Shown here piece after piece: positions 39,675 through 52,360 of a DNA stretch of 64,000 bases (positions within the stretch are counted from its first letter, which is position 1; each line of letters starts with the position of its first letter). The stretch covers positions 64,418,001 through 64,482,000 of the forward strand of contig NC_043008.1 in the NCBI RefSeq assembly GCF_006345805.1, in the 5' to 3' direction. Made by a program: the position numbers and the translations under genes. Source of the stretch: Octopus sinensis (lineage: Eukaryota). The notes under the pieces were generated by a model. That model made no database searches and was not told where the DNA came from. It worked only from the letters and a program-made list of their open reading frames with translations.

Positions 39675-40035
39675 GTATATATACATAATATATGTAATAT
39701 ATATATGTATACCTATATATATATATATGTGTGTTGTATATATATATATATTTATATGTATGTAAATATGTTGTATATATTAGATCTATAATATATATAG
39801 ATATATATATATTATATATATTATATATATATGTATATATTATATATATGTAAGGTCTATATCATCATCATATATATAATATAAAATATATATATATATG
39901 TATATATATGTATATATATATATATATAATATATATATATATATTGTGTATATTATATATATATATATGTGTATATATATATATCATAATTATACATGTA
40001 TGTATTATATGAAGTATGTATATAATATATATATA
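39536..40035. repeat. (TG)n/(TA)n microsatellite field
   Basis: Directly visible. Confidence 0.95.
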
Positions 40036-40701
40036 AGGTACAATAGGTTAGAACGTGAGCTGTATCCACAGGAAGCACTTCTGAGAATACGAGCAATGAG
40101 TTCTATAATTACATGTCCAAAGACAGTTTATAGTTAAGAAGAAAACTATACACAAGCTGCAATTCTGGTATAAATATATTGGATGCTGAGTATGAATACA
40201 TTAAATCAAAACCTGGAATTTATGGTACTATGTTGAATGTTGTAGTTACAATTGTTTGAGTACAGCGTGGGAAATCCGTTTCACAAATATAAATATTAAA
40301 ATGACTATGATAAATTCGTAATATTATAATATTTCTGCATAAAATTTTTAGGTACATATGTGGATTTCTTCAGAATAAGCTTTAAAAATAATATGATCGA
40401 CTCTTAGGATGCCACTATAATTATAGTTTACATAATTTATCAGGAGCGGTAAAGAGAGATAAAGGGAAGAAATACAGGAGATGAATACAGAAAGAGGGGA
40501 GATATTGTGAGCGAAAAGGAGAAAGAATAAAAAAACTAATATTGGTAACATACATATCCACACATTCATATTTACAGACACTCACATATATCTACATCCA
40601 CATATTGTGATACATGTTGCATTACTTAAAATTTTATTTAATCTTGTGGTATTTCTTCAGATATATATACTTTTAGTGTATTGACAAGGGATATATATAC
40701 A

Positions 40702-40932
40702 GGCGGCAAGCTGGCAGAATCGTTAGCACGCCGGGCGAAATGCGTAGCCGTATTTCGTCTGCCGTTACGTTCTGAGTTCAAATTCCGCCGAGGTCGACTT
40801 TGCCTTTCATCCTTTCGGGGTCGATAAATTAAGTACCAGTTACGCACTGGGGTCGATGTAATCGACTTAATACCTATGTCTGTCCTTGTTTGTCCCCTCT
40901 ATGTTTAGCCCCTTGTGGATAATAACGAAACA
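40702..40932 (+). mobile_element. young full-length SINE A
   Basis: Near-consensus GGCGGCAAGCTGGCAGAATCGTTAGCACGCCGGGCG...GCCCCTTGTGG. (GATATATATATAC)A-like flanks may be a TSD. Confidence 0.9.
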
Positions 40933-40959
40933 GATATATATATACAAAATAGTTTTCAT

Positions 40960-41420
40960 GTAATATTTTTCATGCAGGCAAAGTGGCTGATATCCTTTCG
41001 AGCATTGGGCCTTACAGAGGCAAGGTGACTGAGTTCCTTTTGTGTGTTGGGCCTCGTGGATGCTATGACCAAGACCTTTGCCATCATGTCGTGCTTGAGA
41101 AGAAGACCCATGAAGCTGAGCAAAATCACATTTGTGACAGATGCTAGTGTCACACAAATTAGCATCCATGCCCATGGCACATAAAAGAGCCCATTACACT
41201 CTTGAAGTGGTTGGCATAAGGAAGGGCATCCAGCCATAGAATACCATACCAAATCAGACTGGAGTCTGGTGCAGCCTTCTAGCATGCCAGCCCAGTCAAC
41301 CCATGCCAGCATGGACAACAGACGCTAAATGATAATGACGATAATGATGACGATGACGACGACAATGATGACGACAATGATGAAGATGACGATGACAACG
41401 ACGACGACGATGATGATGAT
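40960..41420 (+). mobile_element. SINE family D (RTE-type tail) with (GAT/GAC)n tail
   Basis: GGCACATAAAAGAGCCCATTACAC...GTGGTTGGCATAAGGAAGGGCATCCAGCC...CAACCCATGCCAGCATGGAC, then a GAT-rich tail. Confidence 0.6.
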
Positions 41421-41827
41421 ATAAACCTTACATCTATAATTAAGTATATTAAAATTTTATTTATTTTTCTCTTACTTCATTTCTACTTACATAAATTTGT
41501 AGTTAATCCACATTATAATTAGTAAGGATCATAGGGCCAGTTTCCTAGTTTGTCTGGCATATATATTCCTTCCTAGATGAGATACCTGTCCATCGCAGGA
41601 TTATGCACTTTTACCTCCTGTGTGAACTGGAGCAATGCAAAATGAAGTGTTTTGCTCAAAAACATAACTCTTTGTCTGGTCCAGGAATTGAAATCACGAT
41701 TTTATGACTATGAGTCCAAAGCCTGAACAACTAAGCCATGTGCTTTCACAACAAATATAAGGACAGAGTTAAAATCATTATTCATAAACACAAATAAATA
41801 TACATTAACATGTATATATGTGCATAT

Positions 41828-42178
41828 ATGGAACCTACACTCGCCTCCTTATGAGAGCTCAAAATCTCTCGTGGAAGCGCCATCCAACCAAAATGCAAAT
41901 ATATAGGAAACTACCACCTGTGTCATCTCTTGTGAAAGGTAAGAGAGTCCAGTTTGCTGGACATTGTTGTAGAGCTGAAAAAGAGGTAATTTCTACTCTT
42001 CTCCTCTGGGAGCCATCTACTCGCAATACCAGAGGGCGCTCACTCTCCTACCTTGATGTAATCTCCAGGGATACAGGCATCCAGCAACAGGACCTCCGTA
42101 ATGCCATGATGGACCATGAAGTCTGGCGAAGCATGGTAAATTCTATTGTCTTGACCACGGTCAAACAATGATGATGAA
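41828..42178 (+). mobile_element. 5'-truncated RTE-clade LINE 3' end
   Basis: GTYTRLLMRAQNLSWKRHPT...LPPVSSLVKGKRVQFAGHCCR...LLLWEP...AMMDHEVWRSMV, followed immediately by a TGATGATGA tail. Confidence 0.8.
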
Positions 42179-42739
42179 TGCATATAAACATATATACATA
42201 GAAACATACTTACATACTCATATACATGCACACACACACATACATGTATACACATATTTGCACACATACACACACAGATACATGCAGACATATCCATAAA
42301 CACATGTATACATACATATGCATATATACAAATATGAATTTTAGGGTTTATAAATCTAATATTCTCCTATCCTTCTGTATACTGGTTCCCATATGCTATT
42401 CATATCTGCTCTCGATCTGCTTAGGAGGTTGTTGTGTCCTAGCATATGTGCTGCTTCTTTTAGTTTCACATTTTCCAGTGGTGTTCTCTGATGAAGGCTG
42501 GAGGGTATATCAGACGAAACGATGTGTTAACAACAAAAAAGATGAGGACAAATATCCGTCAAATGTAAATAATGTACATAATTCCTCATCTCTTAGACAT
42601 CGAACTGTAGTCCAGTAATTATTTTGACATTTTAATTCTTACCTCGCAGCTCCATTGTAATGATGCAAGTATATAGGTTAAATACATCACAGCGGGCCAC
42701 ACATGTCCCTTTAGATGTTCAAAGAGCTCACAATGTGCT

Positions 42740-43180
42740 GAGTGTGGTTAATATGTCTGATGTTTAGTTTGATGTATGGTAGATCAGTGCTTGTGGATGT
42801 AGAACAGAGCTCAAACAGTACCGTTTTACTGAGAGCTGTCTGGTAGATGGAAGTCTGCTTAAAGCTCAGTTATGTAGCAATGAAAGACCACAGAAATGTT
42901 TGCATCAAGTATGGGTATGTGATGAGAATGATGAGCGAGGATGGAGATGGTATCTAATTAATAAGATCAAAAGATCAAAGCATATTATATCAGTGATTGA
43001 AGATACAAAGCGAAGACACATTTCAGCAATAGTCTGGTTAACGTAATCTGTTGGGTGAATCACGTCTTTTCAAGTCAGGTCAGCAGCCTTTCTGTGAATA
43101 TATTCGTGTATGAGTGGAAGAGACAAAGAGCAGGTTAAAGCATGAGTATGTTCATATGCGATAATGATGCCCACATTCAT
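42740..43180 (-). mobile_element. highly decayed CR1/Jockey-like LINE C-terminal fragment
   Basis: Scattered minus-strand motifs IHRKAADL, VSSLCIF and TDLPYIKLNI resemble DRIQRKA, VSSLxLFYRY and NLxxFKxxIN. Confidence 0.45.
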
Positions 43181-43219
43181 TAATATTGCTGTTGCTGTAA
43201 TTGTTTAGATAGCTATTCT

Positions 43220-43643
43220 TTTACTCTTTTACTCTTTTACTTGTTTCAGTCATTTGACTGCGGCCATGCTGGAGCACCGCCTTTAGTCGAGCAAATCGAC
43301 CCCGGGACTTATTCTTTGTAAGTCCAGTACTTATTCTATCGGTCTCCTTTGCCGAACCGCTAAATGATGGGGATGCAAACACACCAGCATCTGTTGTCAA
43401 GCAATGCTTGGGGGACAAACACAGACACACAAACACATACACACACACAGGCACACACACACACATATATATATATATATACATATATACGACAGGCTTC
43501 TTTCAGTTTCCGTCTACCAAATCCACTCACAAGGCATTGGTCGGCCCGGGGCTATAGCAGAAGACACTTGCCCAAGATGCCACGCAGTGGGACTGAACCC
43601 AAAACCATGTGGTTGGTTAGCAAGCTACTAACCACACAGCCAT
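43220..43643 (-). mobile_element. SINE B
   Basis: Near-identical to 20090-20536. Confidence 0.9.
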
Positions 43644-43930
43644 GAGCAAAATGCACATATCGAGACTTAAAGACACTATCAAATAATCACTTACTTATCA
43701 TACTAATGATGATAATAATGTTTTAAAATAGAGGCATGATTTCTTGAAATTTAGGATCATTCATGTGTGCAGTATTCTCCAAACATTTAATTATTTTTTA
43801 ATTATCATAAGTCATTTCATTTTCAGTTGGCTATGAATATCCTGTTTTAACTTGGGACATATCCTGAGACTGAGGACTTTAACAACATATATATATATAT
43901 ATACATACACACATACATACATATATATAT

Positions 43931-43963
<33 letters not shown>

Positions 43964-44050
43964 TATATATTATTATACTAACGTGTATGTATATATGTAT
44001 ATATATGTGTGTGTGTGCATATAGAAGTACATATGTATATATATGTGGAT

Positions 44051-44081
<31 letters not shown>

Positions 44082-44189
44082 ATATATATATTAGCATATG
44101 TAATCTTTTACATCTGATATATATATGTTTTAGAAATATATATTGAATTTTGATAATACTGTTTTTAGAATATTAGATATATTCTTTAA

Positions 44190-44410
44190 CCCTTTAGTGT
44201 TCGCATTATTCTGTCAAAATTAATCCTTTTTTATCCACATTGCCTTGAACTAATCATGCATTATCTTGTAGCTATGAGATTTTGATGAGGTAGCTGTTAA
44301 TTTTTAAAACGATATTGTAGGGCTGGTGTGAGAGACCAGATCTGGCCAGTTTGAATATAAAACAGGTAGAATACTTTTGGCCAGATATGGCCAGTTTAAA
44401 TGCTAAAGGG
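44190..44410. mobile_element. piggyBac-type MITE
   Basis: TTAA|CCCTTTAGTGTT ... AATGCTAAAGGG|TTAA, giving a TTAA TSD and CCC-starting TIRs. Confidence 0.85.
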
Positions 44411-44599
44411 TTAAAATTGGCTGAGTATTTCTGAGTGAGATTTAACTGTTATATTTAGTAAATCCTTTCACCCTGCACAAGTAGCTTTTTTCATTGTTAT
44501 ACAGTGAATATTTATCAGCATGTAAGTGTATGGGGAATACACAATATCAAACGTCTCAACTGTGTATCAATTAATCATGGTGCATTTTGCAGTAAATAT

Positions 44600-44850
44600 G
44601 TATGTACACGCATACATACACACACATCAATACATACATTTATGAATGTTTGTGTTTGTGTATGTTTCTGCCTATACATCCATATATATGGATGTATAGG
44701 CAGACATACACAAACACATATATGTATATATTATTATATATATATATATTATATATATATACATATACATATATATATAAGATATATATATATGTAAGTA
44801 TATATATATATATACAGATATATATATGTATATATATATGTATGTATATA

Positions 44851-44881
<31 letters not shown>

Positions 44882-44970
44882 TATATATATAGTATGTATA
44901 TATATATGTATATTTATATATATATGCAAATGTGTGTTGTGTGTGTGTGTGTGTTGTATTTATATATGCA
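44600..44970. repeat. (TA)n/(TG)n field containing a ~68-bp palindrome at 44651-44718
   Basis: TCTGCCTATACATCCATA-TA-TATGGATGTATAGGCAGA. Confidence 0.85.
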
Positions 44971-46375
44971 CACAGGACTATTAGCAAATTAACAAGATGA
45001 GCAGAGTTACTCAAACAATTTCTAATGTCAGTCTGACAGAAAAACTCAGTATATATTTTACATTAGACTTAATACTCTAATGTCCATTTATAAAACTAAC
45101 TAGCGATCTCCAGTTTGGCAAATGATATTCCCACCATAATGAAATGGTTTGCTATCTAAAGATACATCACTTACCTATACACTGGTTAGGCTTGAATAGT
45201 TTGTTGTCACTTCTAAAGCAGCATTGAAAATGCGCTCCTCTGTTGAGAATCTAATTTGTTCCTATTCTGACAATGCCATTATTTTGATTAATTCTCTTTA
45301 AATATGGCACCTAGCATTTTTATCATTGTAAGAAGGTCCATTTTGTTGATTCTGTTGAAACATTTTCTCTGTGATATTACCTCATTTATTTCCCGGAAGG
45401 GAATACTTAGAAACTGTTTCAAATACATGAATAGAACACACCCTTAATGTACAGCCATTGTACTCTCTGTCTCTCTGTTTCTCTTTCTCTTTGTCTTTCC
45501 TCTCTCTGTCTTTTCTTTCTGTGTATCTCTTTCAAATAAAGGTCAATATCTGCTAAGTGATTTTTGTTATTGTTGTTCATTGTGGTCTGTACCATTATAA
45601 GTGAAAAGCTTACATATTACACATAACAAGGACTGTTATTTTATTGCTAGCATGAAAGATGATCTTATGAAGGATGTTGTTTATTTTGAGGAAAGCACGA
45701 TAGTTTATACTCTTCCATTAAAGACACTGATGAACCAAATAGTGTATGTTTTGTTGATGGAACACAAGTAAATATAATGCCATGGAATGGTATGGAATTT
45801 GATGTGGTTAGAAATATGACACACACAATAGAAAGTGAGTAAATAGTCTGAACCTCTATATAGATTTTCAGCTAGCAATAAACCACAATAAATGACAATA
45901 AACTATATTGAACCACACCTCAGTTGCACCTCATTGGGCATGACACTTAAACAGATCCTATCTACTGAAAAATGGAAACATTTTGAAAGCAGACAGAAGG
46001 AAAGAGAATGAAATAGCAAGCTGGTTGTAGTGTATGCAGGGTCGTCGGGTCAAGAAGTTTGTTTTGCGTCTGACCAAATGGTTCTAGGTTCGAAGCCAGC
46101 AAACTGTACCAGGAAGAAGTGTTTTCCATTATAGCTGCAGGGGATCAATATATTTTGAATGGAATATGGTAAAGGAAAGTGTGCAGAAGCATGTGTGTGT
46201 ATATATATATATATATATGTGTGGTGTGTATGTGTGTGTGTGTTCACGTGTGTGTGTGTGTGTGTTCACGTGTGTGTGTGTGTTTGTACGTATGTATGTG
46301 TATGTGTGCGTGTGTAAAATTTGGCATGGGTTTCTATGTTTCCTATACTAAGCATACCAGGTCTCACATGATGTC

Positions 46376-46423
<48 letters not shown>

Positions 46424-46446
46424 TGTATGTGTGTGTGTGTGTTGGG

Positions 46447-46480
<34 letters not shown>

Positions 46481-46588
46481 GGTTTTTGACTATTTGTCTA
46501 TTTTCGCATATTTGGCATTATAATTTTTTCTTTTGCCCTTATTTTATAAGTTATATATATATATATATTATATATATATATATATATA

Positions 46589-47801
46589 TACTAGCTGGTG
46601 TACCCGGTAATTCCTGGTGGTAAAGATGTTCTATTGTAACACCTTATTACTCTGATATAAGAAATCAATTTCGTTATAACTGCCACAAAAGGTGTATTTA
46701 CAGTCACGAAAACGTACAAAAATTGTCAACTGGAGGAGGGAGAGATTGTTGCATGTTGACAAGAGAGGTTTTTGCTGGTTGGCAAGAGAGGTCGTCGGAA
46801 GCTGTCTAGAGAGGTTGTTGGAGTTTGTCGTGACATTTTAAAGGTGAACTTTATGAAGGTTAATTCATTGACGGTAATATGTGAATGTAGTATATATGTA
46901 TAGAAATATATGAATGAAGTGTTTGAAGAAAGTGCAATAATAATGTTCACACTCACTGATGGTCGCTCTCAGTAATTGCATTTAGCTTACGGAGTTCTTG
47001 CTTTTATAACTATCGAAAAGCAGCCAGAAGGATAGACATATTGTTGAGAACCAATGATTTCGTTGGAGATCTGTTATCTCCATTCCAGCCCTTGGTGGCC
47101 TAGAAGAGGTTAGACAGGTCAAGTGTCAAAGACATTATTCTGCTTAGAAGAGGCATCTGGGAAATGCATAACTGCTGCTGTCATTCATAGAAAAACTATT
47201 GTTTTACCGTGAGAAAAACCCTGTTGAAGTGTTAAGTGAAATTTGGTAATCGAGGTTCGAATCCACGCTATGCCTGCATGAAGCCACTACAAATACATTG
47301 TGGAATAAAAAGTTTTATCTACTGTCATGGAAAAAGCGTAACTGTATAAATGCAGAATTATCGGAGTAATGGGCATTCAAAAAAGTATGTATGTATAGAA
47401 ATGTATGAATGAAGAGATTCAAATTAAGGAAGTGCAATAATAATGTTTAGCAGTTCAAAACTGTGAGTAGTGAAATGCAGAATTAGGTCGGCTGATCGTT
47501 GGTTCAAAGTAATCGAATATAAACAATGGAATGGGTTGTTTCTCTTGAGTATTTAAAAAATATCGCGTTGGTGGTATGAGTTATGTCCCTTACGTGTTTA
47601 AAAAAATAGTTACATAAGGTATATATAAAAGTCCCTTCCAGGGGGCGTATTATCGATTTTTTCAACACTAAGTATGTCACGAGGTTTCCAGACATGAAAC
47701 TCACGTGTCAAGTTTCATCAAAATCAATAAAACGATGTAGAAGGATTTACATAACAACGCCACAAACAAACACACACCGCTTTTCCACACATATAGTAGA
47801 T
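46589..47801 (+). mobile_element. probable non-autonomous Helitron-like element inserted in (TA)n
   Basis: Starts TACTAGCTGGTGTACCCGG and ends CAAGTTTCATCAAAATC...ACAAACAAACACAC...ATATAGTAGAT. This terminal architecture is typical of Lep1/HINE-like elements. Confidence 0.55.
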
Positions 47802-47826
47802 ATATATATAAATATATATTATATAT

Positions 47827-47908
<82 letters not shown>

Positions 47909-47954
47909 ATATATGTATATATATACATATATATATATACATATATATATATAC

Positions 47955-48312
47955 TTTGGTAAGAAATCTGCTTCCCAACCATTTGGTTCTTGGTTCAGTC
48001 CCACTGTACATGTTTTGGGCAAATGTCTTCTACTATAGCTTTGGGGTGATCGAAGAGTGGAATTGGTTGACAGAAAGTGAAAGAAGCCTGTATATTGTAT
48101 ATATGTGTGTGTGTGGGGGGGGGGTGTTCCCATCACTGCTTGACAATCAGTGCTGGTGTCTTTACGTCCCTGTAACTTAGCAGTTCAGCAAAAAGTGTAT
48201 GATAAAATAAGTATCAGGCTTTTAAAATATAAGTACTGGGGTCGATAAATTTGACTAAAAATTCTTCGAGGCTGCAGTCTAATGATTGAAACATGTAAAG
48301 GATAGAAAAAAG
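47955..48312 (+). mobile_element. diverged SINE B
   Basis: GGTTCAGTCCCACTG...TTGGGCAAATGTCTTCTACTATAGC...TTTACGTCCCTGTAACTTAGC. Confidence 0.75.
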
Positions 48313-48337
48313 TAAAAGATATGTGTGTGTGTGTGTG

Positions 48338-48371
<34 letters not shown>

Positions 48372-48657
48372 ATCAATATTTGCACCAAGCAGTGTTTAGA
48401 GATATGCAAAATTTAGGTTAGTGAAAATATATTTGTGACATATTTCAACTGTTAAAAGGCAAATTCGCTGCAGTTACCGTGGAGAAAATTTTCTCTTGTG
48501 ATAAAAAGGAGTAAAAGCGCTATATCTGTCCAGTATCGCCATATATCAGGATTCCCAGACATTGATGTTTCTAGTTCCTTAGCCGTTATGAATGGGAAAT
48601 ATATGAGAGGCAGACATATAATTCTGGACAGACAGAATACGTAATTGTGGACAGACA

Positions 48658-48780
48658 TATATGTATGTATGTATGTACGTATGTATGTATGTATGTATGT
48701 ATGTATGTATGCATGTATGTATGTATGTATGTATGTATGTATGTATGTATGTACGTGCGTATGTATGTATTCATGTATGT
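48658..48780. repeat. (TATG)n microsatellite
   Basis: Directly visible. Confidence 0.95.
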
Positions 48781-49169
48781 GGTGGTGTGTCTATATACAT
48801 GAGCATTTGTGTGTGTTGTGTTTATATCATTTGCATTGGTGAAGGATTTAAATACTGGTGTAAAACAATATTGTTTTAGGAATAAAGTCCTTTTCAATGC
48901 AATTAGTTACACATCATGTCTTGCTACACAGGTTGTTGTCAGGAACGTAGTGAACTATTAATTGGTTGGTTGGAAACTAATAAAGAAAGACATTATTATC
49001 CACCATTTGAAATATATAGCATAAAAATCATATATAAAAGCAACATTCTTCCTTTCTAAAAGCCTCATTATTTCTCAAATAATTCAGCTTAGTGGAAATG
49101 TCCGACCATATTTCTAGCAATTGTTGACTTCCATTTTAGGTTACCAGGGTTTGTATTTTATATTTTCTC

Positions 49170-49723
49170 TTTTACTTGTTGCAGCCACTCAACTTTAACT
49201 ACGCAAGGGACAAATGCAACAGAAACACAAAGAAATACACGCAGACACACACATGCACAAACATATATGAGCGGCTTCTTTCAGTTTCCATCTGCGAAAT
49301 CCACCCACACTGAACTATATTAATATTAACTCTGAACTATATTAAAAGACACTTGTCCAAGGTCCTGCACACTGGAACTGAACTCAAGACCATATAGTTC
49401 AAAAGCAAGCTTATGAACCACACACATACACATATATAAGAAAGGCTTCTTTTATTTCCCATCTAGGAAATCCATCCACGATGCTTTGTTAACTCTGAAC
49501 TATAGCTGAAAACACTCGCCCAAGGTGCTGTACATTGGAACTGAACCTAAGATTACATAGTTTGGAAGTAGCATCTTAACCACACATCCTCGCTTAACCC
49601 TCTAAAAAAGTGACCATTTCTTTTATATATCAGTATGATGTCTTGATGCTTAATAAGAAACTTTTACATAGAATTAGGAGTGGCTGTGTAGGCGCCGACT
49701 AAAGCCTTGTGAGTGGATTTGCT

Positions 49724-49766
<43 letters not shown>

Positions 49767-49767
49767 T

Positions 49768-49800
<33 letters not shown>

Positions 49801-50003
49801 ATTGTGTTTGTGTGTTTGTATTTGTCCCCTCAACATCGCTTGATGTGTTAACGTCCCTGTAACATAGTGGTTCGGCAATAGCAACCGAGAGAATAAGTAC
49901 TAGGCTTACAAAGAATAAGTCCTTGGGTCGATTTGCTCGACTAAATGCGGTGCTCCAGCACGGCCGCAGTAAAATCACTGAAACAAGTAAAAGAATAAAA
50001 GAA
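49170..50003. mobile_element. SINE B cluster (two decayed minus-strand heads, one plus-strand copy with internal deletion)
   Basis: GGCTTCTTTCAGTTTCC-like motif twice, and GGAGTGGCTGTGT...GCTCGACTAAATGCGGTGCTCCAGCA. Confidence 0.7.
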
Positions 50004-50700
50004 TTCTCTTAGTCGAAATTAGTAAAGAAGCAAAGAAATTATGCTTGTTGAGCCCTAAGTCATTTTTGTTTAAGTAAATCAAAGATCAGAGATAGTTTAA
50101 CTATAGCAATCCTGCTTTTTATTCAAGTATAATGTGTTTAAGATTACATTTTCAAATGTATGCATCTTTGGGGACAGATTGAAGGAAATTTCTGTCTTCA
50201 GTTTTTAACGCAACCATGTAGAGACATTCTTTTGTCCCTACTGTGAAAGACATAGCTATGGAGATTTACCATTGATCAGGTAAAGAAAATATTAAGCTGA
50301 CAACACACTGTCAATTTCTGAGGGTCAATATACTATATTCTGAATCTATATTGCAATTTACAATTTCTGTTTGGCAATTGTGCGGAATAATCTGACAAAG
50401 AATTGAAAATAAGAAATGTTATATAGTGTCTAAAATATAGCTTAAAGCAAGATATTTTCGAAACAATATACGTTAAAAGTAAACCATTCATCTTGAAATG
50501 ATTAAATGTATGAATGCAATACCACTGGGCAAAACCTAATGAGTTGCAACCAATTCAGTTGTAATAGCAGATCAAATATTGGAATTAATGTCATGAAGCA
50601 CTTTAAACATACTTACACTTACACATGCACACATACACATGCACACTGGTGCATACCTATATATATATATATATGCGTGTGTGTTTACCTAAGAAAATGA

Positions 50701-50936
50701 GATGGCAAATGAATAAACTATTATTTTATGAACTTCATTAGCTTACAACTGTTTCTGCTATAAGACGCAGAGGACTCATGGTTGAGTGCCTGAGTAACAG
50801 CACAGAGCTTCATCAAAGCCTTGATGAGGTAATGTGGTGTTACTAAAGCATTAAACTCTGAGTCCACTGCATCTTATTGCAGAAAAAGCTATAATCTAGT
50901 GAAGTTCATAAGATAATCATTTATTCTTTTGTCATC
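50701..50936. repeat. fold-back element (~115-bp arms) centred on two divergent decayed hammerhead cores
   Basis: The arms are imperfect reverse complements with centre CTTCATCAAAGCCTTGATGAGG. The minus strand reads GCT-TTGATGA...GAAACAGTTGTA-AGC. Confidence 0.75.
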
Positions 50937-51106
50937 GAATTTTCATATATATTTTGAATTCTTCACCAGGATATTAGTCTCACAATGCTAAGTGATATAT
51001 ATATATATATAAGAAATAATTGAGATTCAGTTGAATTAGGAACTTAAGTTGAAGCACAAAGTCAGTCTGATATTATCCTAACAGCTCGAAGGTAAGTAAA
51101 ATGAAA

Positions 51107-51230
51107 ATAAGCGGCAGAATATCAAGTAGTGATGCAGTACCACCGTTTCAATTGAAGAATGCATTGTTCAATTAAATGGAGCCGCTCTAAACGGTCGTAC
51201 TGCATCACTACTTGATATCCTGCTGCTTAT
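51107..51230. repeat. fold-back element (42-bp arms)
   Basis: ATAAGCGGCAGAATATCAAGTAGTGATGCAGTACCACCGTTT pairs with AAACGGTCGTACTGCATCACTACTTGATATCCTGCTGCTTAT. Confidence 0.88.
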
Positions 51231-51713
51231 ATTGATTATATATACACATGCGCATTCGGGCACAAACACACACACATAGGTGATACATTTATATACACAA
51301 ATTCACACACGCACACACATATGAGTATGCATGTATGTTTACGTATAGAAATATATCACTATCACGTTAATCATCATTATCACCATCACTGTCGTCGTTT
51401 TAACCATCTAACTTCTGTTTTCCATGCTGGATTGGTCAGGTGGATATTGTTTAGTCAGATAAATCGGATGTATGAGTGTAATATATATATCTATATGTGT
51501 GTCTATATACATTTGTGCGTATGCATGTGTGTTATATATGTACCTTTTATCTTTTAGTTTTTCTAAGACATCGGACTGTAGCTGTGCTGGGACCTGCTTC
51601 GTAAGGATTAGTCACACAAATCAGTTCCAGAAGCCATCTTTTATATGTGAAACTTATTCAATCGGTTTCTTTTGGTATGCTATGGGGACCATTTCTTATA
51701 TTTCATATATATT

Positions 51714-51943
51714 TCTTTTTACTGCCCACAAGGGGCTAAACAAAGAGGGGACAAACAAGGACAGACAAACGGATCAAGTCGATTACATCGACCCCAGTGC
51801 GTAACTGGTACTTAATTTATCGACCCCGAAAGGATGAAAGGCAAAGTCGACCTCGGCGAAATTGGAACTCAGAACGTAACGGCAGTCGAAATACGGCTAC
51901 GCATTTCGCCCGGCGTGCTTACGTTTCTGCCAGCTCGCCGCCT
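51714..51943 (-). mobile_element. young full-length SINE A
   Basis: Reverse complement of the 40702 and 18954 copies. Confidence 0.9.
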
Positions 51944-52122
51944 TGTGAGTACTTCCAATATGATTGGGACATGTTTCTATGCTTCATTTATGATGTTTTG
52001 AATGAATTTGCAGTTGGTCCCATGTAAGATTGAGACATTTTATTTGTGTTCATTTCAAAGTAAATAATTCGTTAAAACAGAGTATGCTTATTCAACCATC
52101 TACTATAGTCAGTTTGTAAATT

Positions 52123-52360
52123 TTAGGCAGTTGAATGAGAACCATGGAGTTTGCTTCGGTTCATATTCGTCAATGCTTGTGATACATTTGATGTGATACA
52201 GTAGGATACTTTTATGAAAGACTTTAAGAAAACTTTTGTAATATTTGTGATAAGAAGGCATACGTTTTGCAGAAGATTAAAGAATAATTTAGCTACCGGG
52301 TTAGTGTCACGCAACTTATAAGGAGGATTAAACCAGATAATTTGATTTCTATCATTGTCC
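52123..52360 (-). mobile_element. Penelope-like element fragment (region between RT and GIY-YIG)
   Basis: RNQIIWFNPPY...VAKLFFNLL...IKVSYCITSNVSQ matches the PLE motif 'IIWFNPPF...F..L...KVSYSCM.N'. Weaker RT-like remnants may extend to ~53400. Confidence 0.7.

Noticed and set aside
40036-40660. Possible PLE GIY-YIG tail (CSLC) and two minus-strand CTGAAGA motifs
   Set aside because: Too degenerate. No stems or properly spaced GAAA support a ribozyme call.
45150-45455. Possible Tc1-like N-terminus (RFSTEERIF) on the minus strand
   Set aside because: A single short motif with no supporting downstream transposase sequence.
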